Source: an uncultured Gammaproteobacteria bacterium (lineage in GTDB: Bacteria > Patescibacteriota > Patescibacteriia > SBBC01 > CAIJZX01). From it: DNA of 64,000 bases. Position numbers and translations under genes: made by a program. Location: assembly GCA_964383765.1 (NCBI GenBank), contig CAYLHT010000004.1, positions 3,539 through 67,538 on the forward strand, written 5' to 3'. Below are positions 29,453 to 39,966 of this stretch, piece by piece (the stretch's first letter is position 1; each line of letters begins with the position of its first letter). Under the pieces are notes generated by a model. The model did not search any database. It was not told the origin of the DNA and saw only the letters and a program-made list of their open reading frames with translations.

Positions 29453-29806
29453 TTATTTTTTCTCAGCGGCTGGTTTAGCCGGCGCTGCGGTCGCAGCCGC
29501 CGTTTGCGCTTGAGCGGTTTCAGCTTGCTTCATTTCCAATTCTTTCTGCATCCGACCGCCGTGACGCACGAATTTGCGGGTCGGTGAGAATTCTCCCAAG
29601 CGATGACCAACCATGTTTTCAACCACCAGTACCGAGATATGGTTCTTACCGTTGTGCACACCAAAGGTGAAGCCGACCATTGCTGGCGTAATCACCGAGT
29701 CACGTGACCAGGTTTTAATAATGGTTTTGTCACCAATTTTCAACTTGGACACCTTGGTCAGGAGTTTCGGATCAGTGAACGGACCTTTTTTAAGTGAGCG
29801 GCTCAT
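29453..29806 (-). CDS. rpsS: 30S ribosomal protein S19 with an Ala-rich C-terminal extension
   Basis: [19 protein letters not shown]..., with tail [20 protein letters not shown]. Confidence 0.85.
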   Translation of the reverse strand: MSRSLKKGPFTDPKLLTKVSKLKIGDKTIIKTWSRDSVITPAMVGFTFGVHNGKNHISVLVVENMVGHRLGEFSPTRKFVRHGGRMQKELEMKQAETAQAQTAAATAAPAKPAAEKK

Positions 29807-29809
29807 AGG

Positions 29810-30646
29810 TTAGCGTGGTCGACGAGAAATAATCCAACGATTTGAATACTTTTTGCGACGGCGGGTTTTGACGCCCAGAGCGTGCTTACCCCATGGGGTT
29901 TTCGGATACGGCATACCAATCGGGTTATGGCCTTCACCGCCGCCATGCGGGTGATCGACCGGGTTCATGGCTTTCCCACGGACCGACGGACGACGGCCTT
30001 TCCAGCGCATCCGGCCGGCTTTGCCCCAGCGGATGTTGCCATGGTCGACGTTGCTGAGTTGACCGATTGAAGCCATGGCGATTTTCGGGACTTTACGGAT
30101 TTCACCGGACGGCATTTTCAGTAAAGCGTCATCACCTTCAACGGACATGATCAGCGCGGCCGCGCCAGCTGAGCGGACAATCGCGCCGCCTTTGCCAGGG
30201 ATCAATTCAATATTGTGGACTGGAACGCCAGTTGGGATGTATTGCAGCTGGGTGCGATTGCCAGGTTGAACATCAACTTTGTTGGGTGACACCACGAGTG
30301 ACTGACCAATTTGCACGCCCAGCGGGGCCAATACTAAACTCTTCATGTGATCCGGATATTCAATCAAGGCCACGTGGGCGGAACGATTCGGATCGTACTG
30401 CACGCCGAGAACTTTGGCTGGCTGGTTGTGGCGTTGCTGTTGGAAATCAACCTGACGATAGAACCGCTTATTGCCGCCGCCGCGATGTCGGACCGTAATT
30501 TTGCCCTGGCTGTTTCGGCCGGCCGTGGTTTTGATCGTCTGCAGCAAACGCTTTGGCGCAGTTTGTTCGCCACTCAACTCAGCATAATCGTTGACCGATG
30601 AGTGGCGACGACCTGGGCTAGTGGGTTGGTAAATGCGAAGTGGCAT
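29810..30646 (-). CDS. rplB: 50S ribosomal protein L2
   Basis: 278 aa. Conserved GGGEGHNPIGMPYPKTPWGK near the C-terminus. Confidence 0.85.
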   Translation of the reverse strand: MPLRIYQPTSPGRRHSSVNDYAELSGEQTAPKRLLQTIKTTAGRNSQGKITVRHRGGGNKRFYRQVDFQQQRHNQPAKVLGVQYDPNRSAHVALIEYPDHMKSLVLAPLGVQIGQSLVVSPNKVDVQPGNRTQLQYIPTGVPVHNIELIPGKGGAIVRSAGAAALIMSVEGDDALLKMPSGEIRKVPKIAMASIGQLSNVDHGNIRWGKAGRMRWKGRRPSVRGKAMNPVDHPHGGGEGHNPIGMPYPKTPWGKHALGVKTRRRKKYSNRWIISRRPR

Positions 30647-30649
30647 AGA

Positions 30650-31114
30650 TTATTTAGCAGGGTCGATGGTTTTGCCTTCAGGTAAGGTCACCACGGCTTT
30701 GCGACGGCCAGCTGTGCGGCCGACTGATCGGCCGTAGCGCACCCATTTGCCTGGCAGATTCACGATGTTGACGCTGACTGGTCGAACGCCGTAGACATGT
30801 TGGACCGCGTGGCGAACGTCAACTTTGGTGGCTTGGTCGTGGATCATGAATGAATATTGCGATTGAGCTTGTTGGCGCGTGGTCTTTTCGGTCACGACTG
30901 GACGTAGGAGTACGCGGTTGGCTTGATGCGTTGATTCGCGAACTTGGGCTGATTTAGTAGTTTCAGTTTTAGCCACAGGTTTTTTGTCATCTTTCCCAGC
31001 CGGAACATTCGCGAAAGATTTTTGCTTGGCATCGTCAGCACTCACCTTGCCACCTTTCGGTTTGCTCGGCGTTTGTTTGCCTTTACGGCTGGTGAAGCGA
31101 TCGAAGAAGCCCAT
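30650..31114 (-). CDS. rplW: 50S ribosomal protein L23 with a roughly 55-aa basic N-terminal extension
   Basis: Core RVLLRPVVTEKTTR...KVDVRHAVQHVYGV. The N-terminal extension is K/G-rich. Confidence 0.8.
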   Translation of the reverse strand: MGFFDRFTSRKGKQTPSKPKGGKVSADDAKQKSFANVPAGKDDKKPVAKTETTKSAQVRESTHQANRVLLRPVVTEKTTRQQAQSQYSFMIHDQATKVDVRHAVQHVYGVRPVSVNIVNLPGKWVRYGRSVGRTAGRRKAVVTLPEGKTIDPAK

Positions 31115-31115
31115 A

Positions 31116-31745
31116 TTACTTGGCGTAGGTTTTGGAGATCACTGGGAGAGCGTCTTGCAAAACAACTAGTTGCTGGTGACGCAAGACGTCGTAGACATTC
31201 AGACTGTCGGCTCGAATGAAACTGACACCAGGAATGTTACGCCCAGATTTGATCAGAGCGTGGTTAGTCGCCGGCATCACAATCAAGTTGGTCTTGTGGT
31301 GCGGGACGGCGTTCAAGACTTTGTTGAATTCTTTGGTCTTGGGCTGGGTCAATTCGATTTTATCGACGACGGACATCCGGTCGCTCTGGGCTTTGTCACT
31401 CAGGGTCATCAGTAAGGCTTGGCGCTTGGATTGGACGTTCATCTTAATTTCAAAATTGCGATTCTTGCGCGGACCGAAGATGACGCCGCCGCCTTTCCAC
31501 TGTGGAGAGCGAATCGAACCGTGCCGGGCACGACCAGTACCTTTTTGGCGCCATGGTTTCTTACCGCCGCCACGGACTTCAGCCTTGGTCTTGGTATGGG
31601 CCAACACCGGTCGGCGACCAGCCAGAATCGTGGTGACGGCTTGCTCAATCAATCCGCGATTCGGTTTTAAGCCGAAAACTTTGGCGTCGAGCTCAACGTT
31701 GCCAATCGCTTGCCCGGTTTGATTATAAAGTTTCGCGGACGACAT
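31116..31745 (-). CDS. rplD: 50S ribosomal protein L4
   Basis: GGGKKPWRQKGTGRARHGSIRSPQWKGGG signature. Confidence 0.85.
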   Translation of the reverse strand: MSSAKLYNQTGQAIGNVELDAKVFGLKPNRGLIEQAVTTILAGRRPVLAHTKTKAEVRGGGKKPWRQKGTGRARHGSIRSPQWKGGGVIFGPRKNRNFEIKMNVQSKRQALLMTLSDKAQSDRMSVVDKIELTQPKTKEFNKVLNAVPHHKTNLIVMPATNHALIKSGRNIPGVSFIRADSLNVYDVLRHQQLVVLQDALPVISKTYAK

Positions 31746-31746
31746 A

Positions 31747-32352
31747 TTACTTCGAGATGATTGTCACGAAACCGTTAAAGGGGCCAGGAACGGCACCTTT
31801 CAACCACAGTTCATGTCCTTCGGCGTTGACTTTGACCACTTCCAGATTCTTGACCGTGACTTTCGCGTTCCCCATCCGACCGGCCATCCGCGTGCCTTTC
31901 ATGACGTGCTGCGGGAAGGTGGCGCCGATCGAACCGGGAGCGCGCAAGTTATCTTTGTGACCATGCGAGGCCGGACCGCCTTTGAAATGGTGGCGCTTGA
32001 CGACGCCGGCGTAGCCGCGGCCTTTTGAGGTGCCCGTGACTTGCACAACGTCACCCGGTTGGAATTGGGTGACGTCAATCTTGTCGCCTTTACTCTTGCC
32101 GTCCGCATTGCGAATTTCACGCACGCGCGTAAAGCTGCCGAGCTCTTTCCATTCTTCCCGCTGAGCCTTGGCCAGCCGCGAGGCTTTGCGCTTGCCTTGA
32201 CCCAGTTGTAGGGCGGTGTAGCCGCCCGCGTCGGCCGTCCGGACGCCGGTCACGACGTTCGGTTCAGCTTTGACCACGGTCACCGGTACGACGCGCCCGT
32301 CGTCGGCGAAGACCTGGGTCATCTGCTTTTTTTGGCCGAGGATGAATTTCAC
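31747..32352 (-). CDS. rplC: 50S ribosomal protein L3
   Basis: GQKKQMTQVFADDGRVVPVTVV..., and FQPGDVVQVTGTSKGRGYAGVVKRHHF. Confidence 0.85.
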   Translation of the reverse strand: MKFILGQKKQMTQVFADDGRVVPVTVVKAEPNVVTGVRTADAGGYTALQLGQGKRKASRLAKAQREEWKELGSFTRVREIRNADGKSKGDKIDVTQFQPGDVVQVTGTSKGRGYAGVVKRHHFKGGPASHGHKDNLRAPGSIGATFPQHVMKGTRMAGRMGNAKVTVKNLEVVKVNAEGHELWLKGAVPGPFNGFVTIISK

Positions 32353-32402
32353 AAATGAGAAGTTAGAGATTGGAAGTTAGGGGTTGGAGGTGGGAAATTG
32401 GA

Positions 32403-32442
32403 GAAGGTACGAAACACCGCTTGGGCCGTCATTAGGCACCGC
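32403..32442 (-). promoter_or_regulatory. Strong 11-bp stem-loop (aacaccgcttg / caagcggtgtt) in the unusually long (about 190 nt) rpsJ-rplC spacer, followed on the mRNA strand by a pyrimidine-rich tract
   Basis: Perfect 11-bp stem with an 18-nt loop. The spacer is noncoding, unlike the tight S10-L3 junction typical of bacteria. Confidence 0.35.
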
Positions 32443-32540
32443 AAGCGGTGTTCATGATGGCGACCGTTGTCCGGGGATTACGACAGCGAGTACTGGTCTT
32501 GTCATCCCTGGAACTAATCGTCGGATGGATTGTGTAATGA

Positions 32541-32888
32541 TTAGGACTTGATCTCGATATCGACGCCGGCTGGCAAGGTCAGTGAGGTCAGTGCGTCCAC
32601 CGTTTTGGGCGTCGGGTCGACGATGTCGACTAAGCGCTTGTGAGTTCGCATTTCGTATTGCTCACGTGAATTCTTGTGAGCAAACGAGCTGCGAATGACG
32701 GTGTACTTGCTGCGCTCGGTTGGGAGCGGAACTGGACCTTTGATACTGGCGCCAGTTCTCAGGGCCGTTTCAATAATCGTTTTGGTTGATTGATCGATGA
32801 TCTTGTGATCATAGGCCCGAATCTTGATGCGGAGGCGCTGGTGCTGTTCTTCCTCGGTTGAGGTTTTCGGTTGCGGTGCGTCGGGCAT
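32541..32888 (-). CDS. rpsJ: 30S ribosomal protein S10 (possibly with a short N-terminal extension)
   Basis: [23 protein letters not shown]...KGPVPLPTE matches the S10 core. Confidence 0.85.
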   Translation of the reverse strand: MPDAPQPKTSTEEEQHQRLRIKIRAYDHKIIDQSTKTIIETALRTGASIKGPVPLPTERSKYTVIRSSFAHKNSREQYEMRTHKRLVDIVDPTPKTVDALTSLTLPAGVDIEIKS

Positions 32889-32915
32889 GGGAAGGAGCGG
32901 CTGAGTTATGAGAGA

Positions 32916-34103
<1,188 letters not shown>

Positions 34104-34163
34104 TGGGGCTCAATCCTACGGGGTTAAACAATTGCTTGGAAACTAAACGAAAACGCAGGTCGG

Positions 34164-34192
34164 AGTATATCAGGATGGCCGCTAAATGGCAA
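34164..34192 (-). promoter_or_regulatory. Sigma70-like promoter for tuf (-35 TTGCCA, 17-nt spacer, -10 TATACT on the minus strand)
   Basis: Read on the minus strand: TTGCCA-tttagcggccatcctga-TATACT, about 60 nt upstream of the tuf ATG. Confidence 0.35.
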
Positions 34193-34210
34193 GGTAGACA
34201 TGATTCGAAC

Positions 34211-34253
34211 CTAATCTTAGAAAATGGAAATTGATTTTTTTACCTAAGATTAG
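34211..34253. repeat. 10-bp perfect inverted repeat (ctaatcttag ... ctaagattag) with a 23-nt AT-rich spacer, just upstream of the tuf promoter
   Basis: Exact reverse-complement arms at 34211-34220 and 34244-34253. Confidence 0.4.
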
Positions 34254-34704
34254 CCAAAAAGTAGCATTTTCAAGAACATAATTAGGGGCCCAATTGTCTT
34301 TCGACGTTCGGGCCCCATGCTGCGGACGACTCTTCGAGAAACCTCGACAGTTTTGGCTGGTGTGACCCAACCGGACCGTACGTGATTTTGCCTAGTGGCA
34401 ACTGTTTCCGACTGATCGGATAGGCGTTTGGCTTTTGAGGGCCTCAGACCTTTCACCCGTTCGGCCGGATCAGCCTTGCTTGTTTCCACCTCATGGTGGC
34501 CGGCGTTAGGTCTCCCCAACACTGACCTTCCCTGTGCGGGTCGCCCGTCCCCTTGCGGGATCGTGGCCTCTCGCCAGATGGATTTAGCTACGAAGGACTT
34601 CCGCTGCGTGAAAAGAAGGATACTGTGGCCATCAAATCACCGCAACCCCGCCTATCAACGACCTACCCCCAGGTTTTTCCCCGGAGTTGTTCACAGGTTA
34701 TTCA

Positions 34705-34734
34705 GAAAAAAGCCGCTGAAATGGATCGGCGGCT
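34705..34734 (-). terminator. Rho-independent terminator downstream of the GNAT gene
   Basis: Minus-strand AGCCGC-cgatccatttc-AGCGGCT followed by TTTTTTCTG. Confidence 0.6.
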
Positions 34735-34746
34735 AGAGACAAGAGT

Positions 34747-35322
34747 TTAGAGTTTTCCAGTACGACGGTACTTTTTCCACTTGGGCTCCCACCACTCGCG
34801 GAAAATACACAGGAGGATTTCGTCGTAGTAGCGCCCGCGCCGATAGAACTGCTTTCGGCGGCGACCCTCAACTCGATACCCGCACTTCTGGTTGTAAGCC
34901 GCGCTCCGCCCGTTGAAGGCGAAGCAGGCGGAACAGATTTTGCGGAGATTGAGTGTGTTGAAGGCGTAGCCGAGCAACGCCATCTTCGCGTCTTGGCCGA
35001 AGCCTTTCCCCCAGTAGGCTTTATCGCCAAAGGCCGCGCCGGTCGTCGCCACTCGACTGACCCAGTCGATCCGATGCAAGCCCATCAATCCAATCGGGGT
35101 GCCGTCTTTCGTTTCAACCATCAACACAACATCGTTGGGACGCTTGTCTAGTCCTTCTACCCAGGCGATTTCTGCCCCTTCGGTGAACGGCATAACGGCT
35201 GTCAGAAATAGTCGTACCTCTGGATCATTCATCCACCGTACCAACAGCGGCACATCCGTCTTATTGACCGGACGCAACACAGTCTTTCGTCCACGTAGGA
35301 ACACTACTCGATTCTTTTCCAT
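34747..35322 (-). CDS. GNAT-family N-acetyltransferase (RimJ/RimL-like), inserted between fusA and tuf
   Basis: GNAT fold with motif A around WGKGFGQDAKMALLGYAF. Start chosen at MEKNRVVFLRG (ATG 35322..35320), which has an AAGGAG SD 7 nt upstream. The longer six-frame ORF (to 35481) is rejected. Confidence 0.65.
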   Translation of the reverse strand: MEKNRVVFLRGRKTVLRPVNKTDVPLLVRWMNDPEVRLFLTAVMPFTEGAEIAWVEGLDKRPNDVVLMVETKDGTPIGLMGLHRIDWVSRVATTGAAFGDKAYWGKGFGQDAKMALLGYAFNTLNLRKICSACFAFNGRSAAYNQKCGYRVEGRRRKQFYRRGRYYDEILLCIFREWWEPKWKKYRRTGKL

Positions 35323-35569
35323 CTCCATTCTCCTTTTGACAAGGTACACATCCAAAACACCCGGTCGCAGGTTGCGCCGGGGCGGGTAGTGAACGTTATG
35401 AAAATGCTTTACTTTCGCATCCAATCCACCACCAGCCCGGGCGCAACGGTCGCGCAGCCCGAGTGTTTGATATCCAGCCAATATTGGCGGGTAGTGGTGA
35501 ACATAGTTTCAGCACCTTACTAAATCATCAGACCAAAGTCAAGAATGGCTGAAAAAATCTGCCTGGGTT

Positions 35570-36217
35570 TTACTGTAAGTGAGAAACGTCATTCAAATGA
35601 ATAACGCTTGCCCGACCGGTCGGATGAACATCCAGAATAGTCACGCTCGTATTGCCGAGCAGAAAATTTTGCCCGCCGATGTCAGCTCCGTCTTCGACCG
35701 CCGCTTCGAGTAACGTGAATAAAAGCACGCCATGACTGACCACCACGAGTGTTTCATCTAAATGTTTTGCCTTGGCGATATTGAACCACTTGATTGCTCG
35801 GGTCTTCACGTCATCAATCGATTCGCCTCCTGGAATCCTTTTCTTACGATCGATTTTCTTTTGCGTATTACCAATATCATCGTCTGGATGAATCGGCTTC
35901 CCGGTCATCTCGCCGGCGTTCCGTTCGCGGAGCAGGAGATCATAGACCAATTTCACCTTGGGATGATGAGACACAATTTCTTTGGCGGTAAAGTTCGCGC
36001 GCTGGAGATCGCTCGAATACACAATGTCAATTTTCTGTTTTGCCAAACGTTCTCCTACTCGTCTAGCTTGTTGTCGCCCGTTGTCATTCAACGGCACATC
36101 GCTCTGGCCAATGTGCGTATTGGTTCGATTGTGATCCGTTTCGCCGTGCCGAACGAGAATGAGTTTCATAGTGCTATCATAACACACCACCGATTCTACA
36201 ACCGATGGTGCGCTCAA
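35570..36217 (-). CDS. Histidine phosphatase superfamily protein (phosphoglycerate mutase-like)
   Basis: N-terminal LILVRHGETDHN catalytic RHG motif. 215 aa. Confidence 0.7.
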   Translation of the reverse strand: MSAPSVVESVVCYDSTMKLILVRHGETDHNRTNTHIGQSDVPLNDNGRQQARRVGERLAKQKIDIVYSSDLQRANFTAKEIVSHHPKVKLVYDLLLRERNAGEMTGKPIHPDDDIGNTQKKIDRKKRIPGGESIDDVKTRAIKWFNIAKAKHLDETLVVVSHGVLLFTLLEAAVEDGADIGGQNFLLGNTSVTILDVHPTGRASVIHLNDVSHLQ

Positions 36218-36225
36218 GTAGAATA

Positions 36226-38301
36226 CTATTTCGCCTTTTCGCCAACTATCTCCTGTGCCACGTTCCGCGGCACTTCGGCGTAGTGCGAGAATTCCATGGA
36301 GTAGGACGCGCGACCTTGGGTCATCGAGCGCAAACTCGTAGCGTAGCCGAACATTTCGCCCAGCGGCACTTCCGCGTCAATCACTTTCGCTTGACCGCGG
36401 TCAGTCATTTCTTTGATGGTCGCGCGTTTGGCGTTCAAGTCGCCGATCACGTCACCCATGAACTGTTCCGGCGTAATGGCTTCGACTTTCATGATTGGTT
36501 CGAGCAGGACTGGCTTGGCTTTACGGCAGGCTTCCTTGAAGCCCATCGAGCCGGCGATTTTGAAGGCGGCTTCGGATGAGTCAACGTCGTGGTAACTGCC
36601 ATCATAGACCGCGGCTTTGATGTCGACCATCGGATAGCCGGCCACCACGCCGCTATCCATGGCTTCCTTAATCCCTTTGTTGATTGGCGTGATGAACTCT
36701 TTCGGAATTGAGCCGCCTTTGACTTCGTCGATGAACTCATAACCTTTGCCGGCTTCATTCGGTTCCACGCGGATCCAGCAGTGACCGTACTGCCCGCGAC
36801 CACCGGACTGTTTGATGTACTTGCCTTCACCTTCGGCAGTTTGGGTGATGGTTTCACGGTAGGCGACGCGCGGCTTACCGACGTTTGCTTCAACTTTGAA
36901 TTCGCGTTTCATCCGGTCGACAATGATGTCGAGGTGGAGTTCGCCCATGCCGGAAATAATCGTCTGCGCGGTTTCTTCATCACTACGAACCCGGAAGGTC
37001 GGATCTTCTTCTGCCAAGCGGGACAAGGCAATGCCCATCTTCTCTTGATCCTGTTTGGTCTTGGGTTCGATCGCGATATCAATCACCGGTTCAGGGAAGA
37101 CGATGTTCTCGAGTTTGATCGGATGATCAGGATCGCAGAGTGAGTCACCGGTGACCGTGCCTTTCAAACCGACAGCCGCCGCGATTTCTCCGGCATAGAC
37201 ATGATCAACATCTTCGCGGGAATTGGCGTGTAGACGCACAATCCGGCCGATGCGCTCTCTGTCCCCGGTGGTGGTGTTGAGCACATAGCTCCCGGCCGCT
37301 AGATTACCAGCATAGACACGGAAGAAGGCGAGTTTGCCGACGAATGGATCGGTAGCAATCTTAAAAGCCAGGGCGGTGAACGGTGCATCGTCACTGGTTG
37401 GACGTTCAATCTCGGCTTCCGTTTTCGGATCCGTGCCTTTGACCGGCGGAATGTCGAGCGGTGAGGGCAGGAAATCATTGACCGCATCGAGTAAAAATTG
37501 CACGCCTTTGTTCTTCAAGGCTGAGCCGCACAGGATTGGAACCAGAGTATTGCTGATGACAGCTTTGCGGAGAGCAGCTTTTAATTCCGGCACGCCCGGC
37601 TCTGTTCCACCCAGATACTGTTCAAGTAACTTGTCGTCGGTTTCACAAATGGCTTCCACGAGTTTGTGGCGGTATTCCTCAACTTTGTCTTTCATGTCGG
37701 CCGGGACGTCAACCTGCTCGAACTCTTTTCCCATTTCGTCTTTGTAGATTTCGGCTTTGCGGTCGAACAAATCGATAATGCCTTGGAAGGTGTCGGCCGC
37801 GCCAATTGGCAACAGGGTAGGGTAGGCTCGCGTCGTCAATCGGTCGTGAATTGATTTCACTTCATTGTAAAAATCCGCACCCATCCGGTCCATTTTGTTG
37901 ATGAAACAAATCCGCGGCACGTTGTACTTTTCCGCTTGGTGCCAAACTGTTTCGGATTGCGGTTCAACGCCGGCGACACCATCGAAGACAACGACGCCGC
38001 CATCGAGAACACGAAGTGAGCGTTGGACTTCCACGGTAAAGTCAATGTGCCCCGGGGTGTCGATCAGGTTAATCCGGTGATCTTTCCAGAAACAAGTCGT
38101 GGCGGCAGCAGTGATAGTAATCCCACGTTCTTTTTCCTGCTCCATCCAGTCCATTTCAGCTGCGCCTTCGTGGACTTCACCAATTTTGTGCTTCTTGCCA
38201 GTGTAAACCAAAATCCGCTCGGGGTCCGTGGTTTTTCCAGCATTGATGTGGGCGTTGATTCCGATGTTCCGAGTTTGTTCGAGAGAGTATTCGCGGGGCA
38301 T
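36226..38301 (-). CDS. fusA: Elongation factor G
   Basis: AHINAGKTT and [22 protein letters not shown]-domain motifs. 691 aa. Confidence 0.9.
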   Translation of the reverse strand: MPREYSLEQTRNIGINAHINAGKTTDPERILVYTGKKHKIGEVHEGAAEMDWMEQEKERGITITAAATTCFWKDHRINLIDTPGHIDFTVEVQRSLRVLDGGVVVFDGVAGVEPQSETVWHQAEKYNVPRICFINKMDRMGADFYNEVKSIHDRLTTRAYPTLLPIGAADTFQGIIDLFDRKAEIYKDEMGKEFEQVDVPADMKDKVEEYRHKLVEAICETDDKLLEQYLGGTEPGVPELKAALRKAVISNTLVPILCGSALKNKGVQFLLDAVNDFLPSPLDIPPVKGTDPKTEAEIERPTSDDAPFTALAFKIATDPFVGKLAFFRVYAGNLAAGSYVLNTTTGDRERIGRIVRLHANSREDVDHVYAGEIAAAVGLKGTVTGDSLCDPDHPIKLENIVFPEPVIDIAIEPKTKQDQEKMGIALSRLAEEDPTFRVRSDEETAQTIISGMGELHLDIIVDRMKREFKVEANVGKPRVAYRETITQTAEGEGKYIKQSGGRGQYGHCWIRVEPNEAGKGYEFIDEVKGGSIPKEFITPINKGIKEAMDSGVVAGYPMVDIKAAVYDGSYHDVDSSEAAFKIAGSMGFKEACRKAKPVLLEPIMKVEAITPEQFMGDVIGDLNAKRATIKEMTDRGQAKVIDAEVPLGEMFGYATSLRSMTQGRASYSMEFSHYAEVPRNVAQEIVGEKAK

Positions 38302-38311
38302 AGGGGTTGAA

Positions 38312-38392
38312 TGTCATTTCGACGAGCCTACGAGGAGAAATCTATGTTGTGGAATTCGCAATACAGATTTCTCGCTGTTGCTCGAAATGACA
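38312..38392. repeat. MITE/REP-like imperfect palindromic element, copy 3
   Basis: atgtcatttcgacgagcctacgaggagaaatcta ... cagatttctcgctgttgctcgaaatgaca. Begins 10 nt upstream of the fusA start codon. Confidence 0.55.
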
Positions 38393-38399
38393 GTGTATA

Positions 38400-39272
38400 T
38401 TATTTCTTGACTAAATCAATAAGTTCTTGCAAAGTTTTCTGGGTCGTCGGGCCAGTCTCCTTATCCATGCTGGCGGTCAGGATTTTTTTGGTCTGATGAA
38501 GGTACCAGGCACCGGGTTCCTGGGTGTTCAGGGTTTGATATATTTCTGACAGATCGACCGTGCTATTCGGCTGCCCCCGGAAATCACCGAAGGCTTTGGT
38601 CGGGTCAGTCTGCACTCGGAGGACAAAGCCATGATGGTAGGCTTCAACATCACTGCCGCGGAAGGTGGAGTGGAGGCCAACGGCTTTTCCCCATTTCGTT
38701 TGAAACTCAATGCGTTGGTCCCATTCAGCCAGAAATCGTGCGCGTTGGTTGAGCTGTTCAACCAAGCCGTCAATCAGCTGTAATCCAAATCGCATCATCA
38801 CGTTATCGGGGTCCTGCAGTTTCTGTTTCTTCGCCGCCCAAATATTTTTTTGAACCGCCCACACCCCTCGCAAGATCGATGGGATCGAGAAGCTGCTGGC
38901 ATGCGCATCGTTCAACTCCCATTGCGCGGTGTCCTCTTTGTGAGCAAAATCCACTAACCACTCGAGCGCTTTATCTTCAAATCGGTCATTCGGGATCAAG
39001 CCGCGGTGAAGTAAATCTTCGTACACTAATTTCGTCGCAGATTGACCAGCTTTCATTCCGTGTTCATCGTATTTGCCACGTCCAATCCCGAGCGGCACCA
39101 TATTTTTTCCGGGTGGCATTGTCCCACCGGTTGGCGTATTGGCCACAAAGTAAAAATCGCAATCAGCGAAAGTCGGATCAAAGGTTCGCAACAACCAGCT
39201 CGCGACGACTTCGTCGAGGTGGGGACGACGATGCGTGACGATGGTGATCATGAGAGATGGGTTTTTCTCCAA
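38400..39272 (-). CDS. UPF0160/MYG1-like metal-dependent hydrolase family protein, inserted between rpsG and fusA
   Basis: N-terminal ITIVTHRRPHLDEVVASWLL resembles the MYG1 signature (I-x-TH-x3-H-x-DE...A-x2-LL). 290 aa. Confidence 0.4.
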   Translation of the reverse strand: MEKNPSLMITIVTHRRPHLDEVVASWLLRTFDPTFADCDFYFVANTPTGGTMPPGKNMVPLGIGRGKYDEHGMKAGQSATKLVYEDLLHRGLIPNDRFEDKALEWLVDFAHKEDTAQWELNDAHASSFSIPSILRGVWAVQKNIWAAKKQKLQDPDNVMMRFGLQLIDGLVEQLNQRARFLAEWDQRIEFQTKWGKAVGLHSTFRGSDVEAYHHGFVLRVQTDPTKAFGDFRGQPNSTVDLSEIYQTLNTQEPGAWYLHQTKKILTASMDKETGPTTQKTLQELIDLVKK

Positions 39273-39961
39273 TCACTGGTCGCCTTCAGCATGCGTGAAT
39301 GGAGGTCGATCAGCATATTCCGAACTTGTTCGCTGATGGCTTCTAATTCTTTCAGGGCCGGCGACGGGACATTGTCGAGGCTGGACGATTGAATGAAGTT
39401 CAGTGCGTCCGGTGTCTCCGTTTGAATCAACTGCTCCGCTTGGTTGGCCAGCTGTCCAACCTGCGATTCTGCCGCTCCGATAATATCATCCATCGGTTGC
39501 GGAAACTCCTCGGCCGCCTCGCCGATGGCATCATTCGCCATGGTTCGAATGTCCTGGTTCAAACCTTGGATTTGAGTGACCAGTTTACGAATATTCGCTT
39601 CCGAAATTTCTCGTTCCCGACGGATGGCCGACTCAACGACATCGTTGATATGCCGACCGGCAGTTTCGCTGGTGACCGTATCGGCCGCGACCAATGGATG
39701 TTCTTGGTTGAGCTGTTGGCGCAGTGAATCTAATTTGGCCTGATCTGGGTGGTCTTTTTTCAGCTCGACTGATAATTCATCAATCAATCGGTCAACCGGA
39801 CTTTCCGGATCACCGGCGATATGCTCAGCGTGTTCGTCCATGACGTTCTTGGCTTGCTGAAAAGTGAGCTCACGACCAAGATGGCCCCGCAGTTGCCGAA
39901 CTTCCTGTTCATCGATATGACTGTCCTGGGGACGGCCGGTTTCTCCTTCGCTCTCACCCAT
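39248..39961 (-). CDS. Hypothetical acidic, coiled-coil-like protein
   Basis: 237 aa, rich in E/Q/D with heptad-like segments. No known domain. Sits between rpsG and the MYG1-like gene. Confidence 0.4.
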   Translation of the reverse strand: MGESEGETGRPQDSHIDEQEVRQLRGHLGRELTFQQAKNVMDEHAEHIAGDPESPVDRLIDELSVELKKDHPDQAKLDSLRQQLNQEHPLVAADTVTSETAGRHINDVVESAIRREREISEANIRKLVTQIQGLNQDIRTMANDAIGEAAEEFPQPMDDIIGAAESQVGQLANQAEQLIQTETPDALNFIQSSSLDNVPSPALKELEAISEQVRNMLIDLHSRMLKATSDWRKTHLS

Positions 39962-39966
39962 ATTCG

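Noticed and set aside
24651-29810. Apparent conserved CTAAC/TAA motif 2-5 nt upstream of many start codons
   Set aside because: It is simply the stop codon (TAA/TAG) of the tightly packed upstream gene, not a translation signal.
27405-32120. Numerous short ORFs antisense to or overlapping ribosomal protein genes (for example 27405..27620, 28014..28286, 30232..30498, 31216..31722)
   Set aside because: They are embedded in strongly conserved ribosomal protein coding sequences on the opposite strand or in an alternate frame. No independent signals.
34171-34230. tRNA-like GGTTCGAATC segment upstream of tuf
   Set aside because: No cloverleaf could be built. The flanking stems are not complementary. 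Interpreted instead as part of a promoter and inverted-repeat region.
34260-34700. Possible RNase P RNA, tmRNA or SRP RNA in the long tuf-upstream spacer
   Set aside because: The P4 AGGAAAGUCCGGGC motif, tmRNA tag/T-arm features and the SRP domain IV motif were not found on either strand. Kept only as a generic ncRNA candidate.
35323-35481. Longer N-terminal extension of the GNAT ORF
   Set aside because: The internal Met at 35322 has a well-spaced AAGGAG SD and begins the conserved GNAT fold. The extension is Arg/Gly-rich and overlaps a structured noncoding segment.
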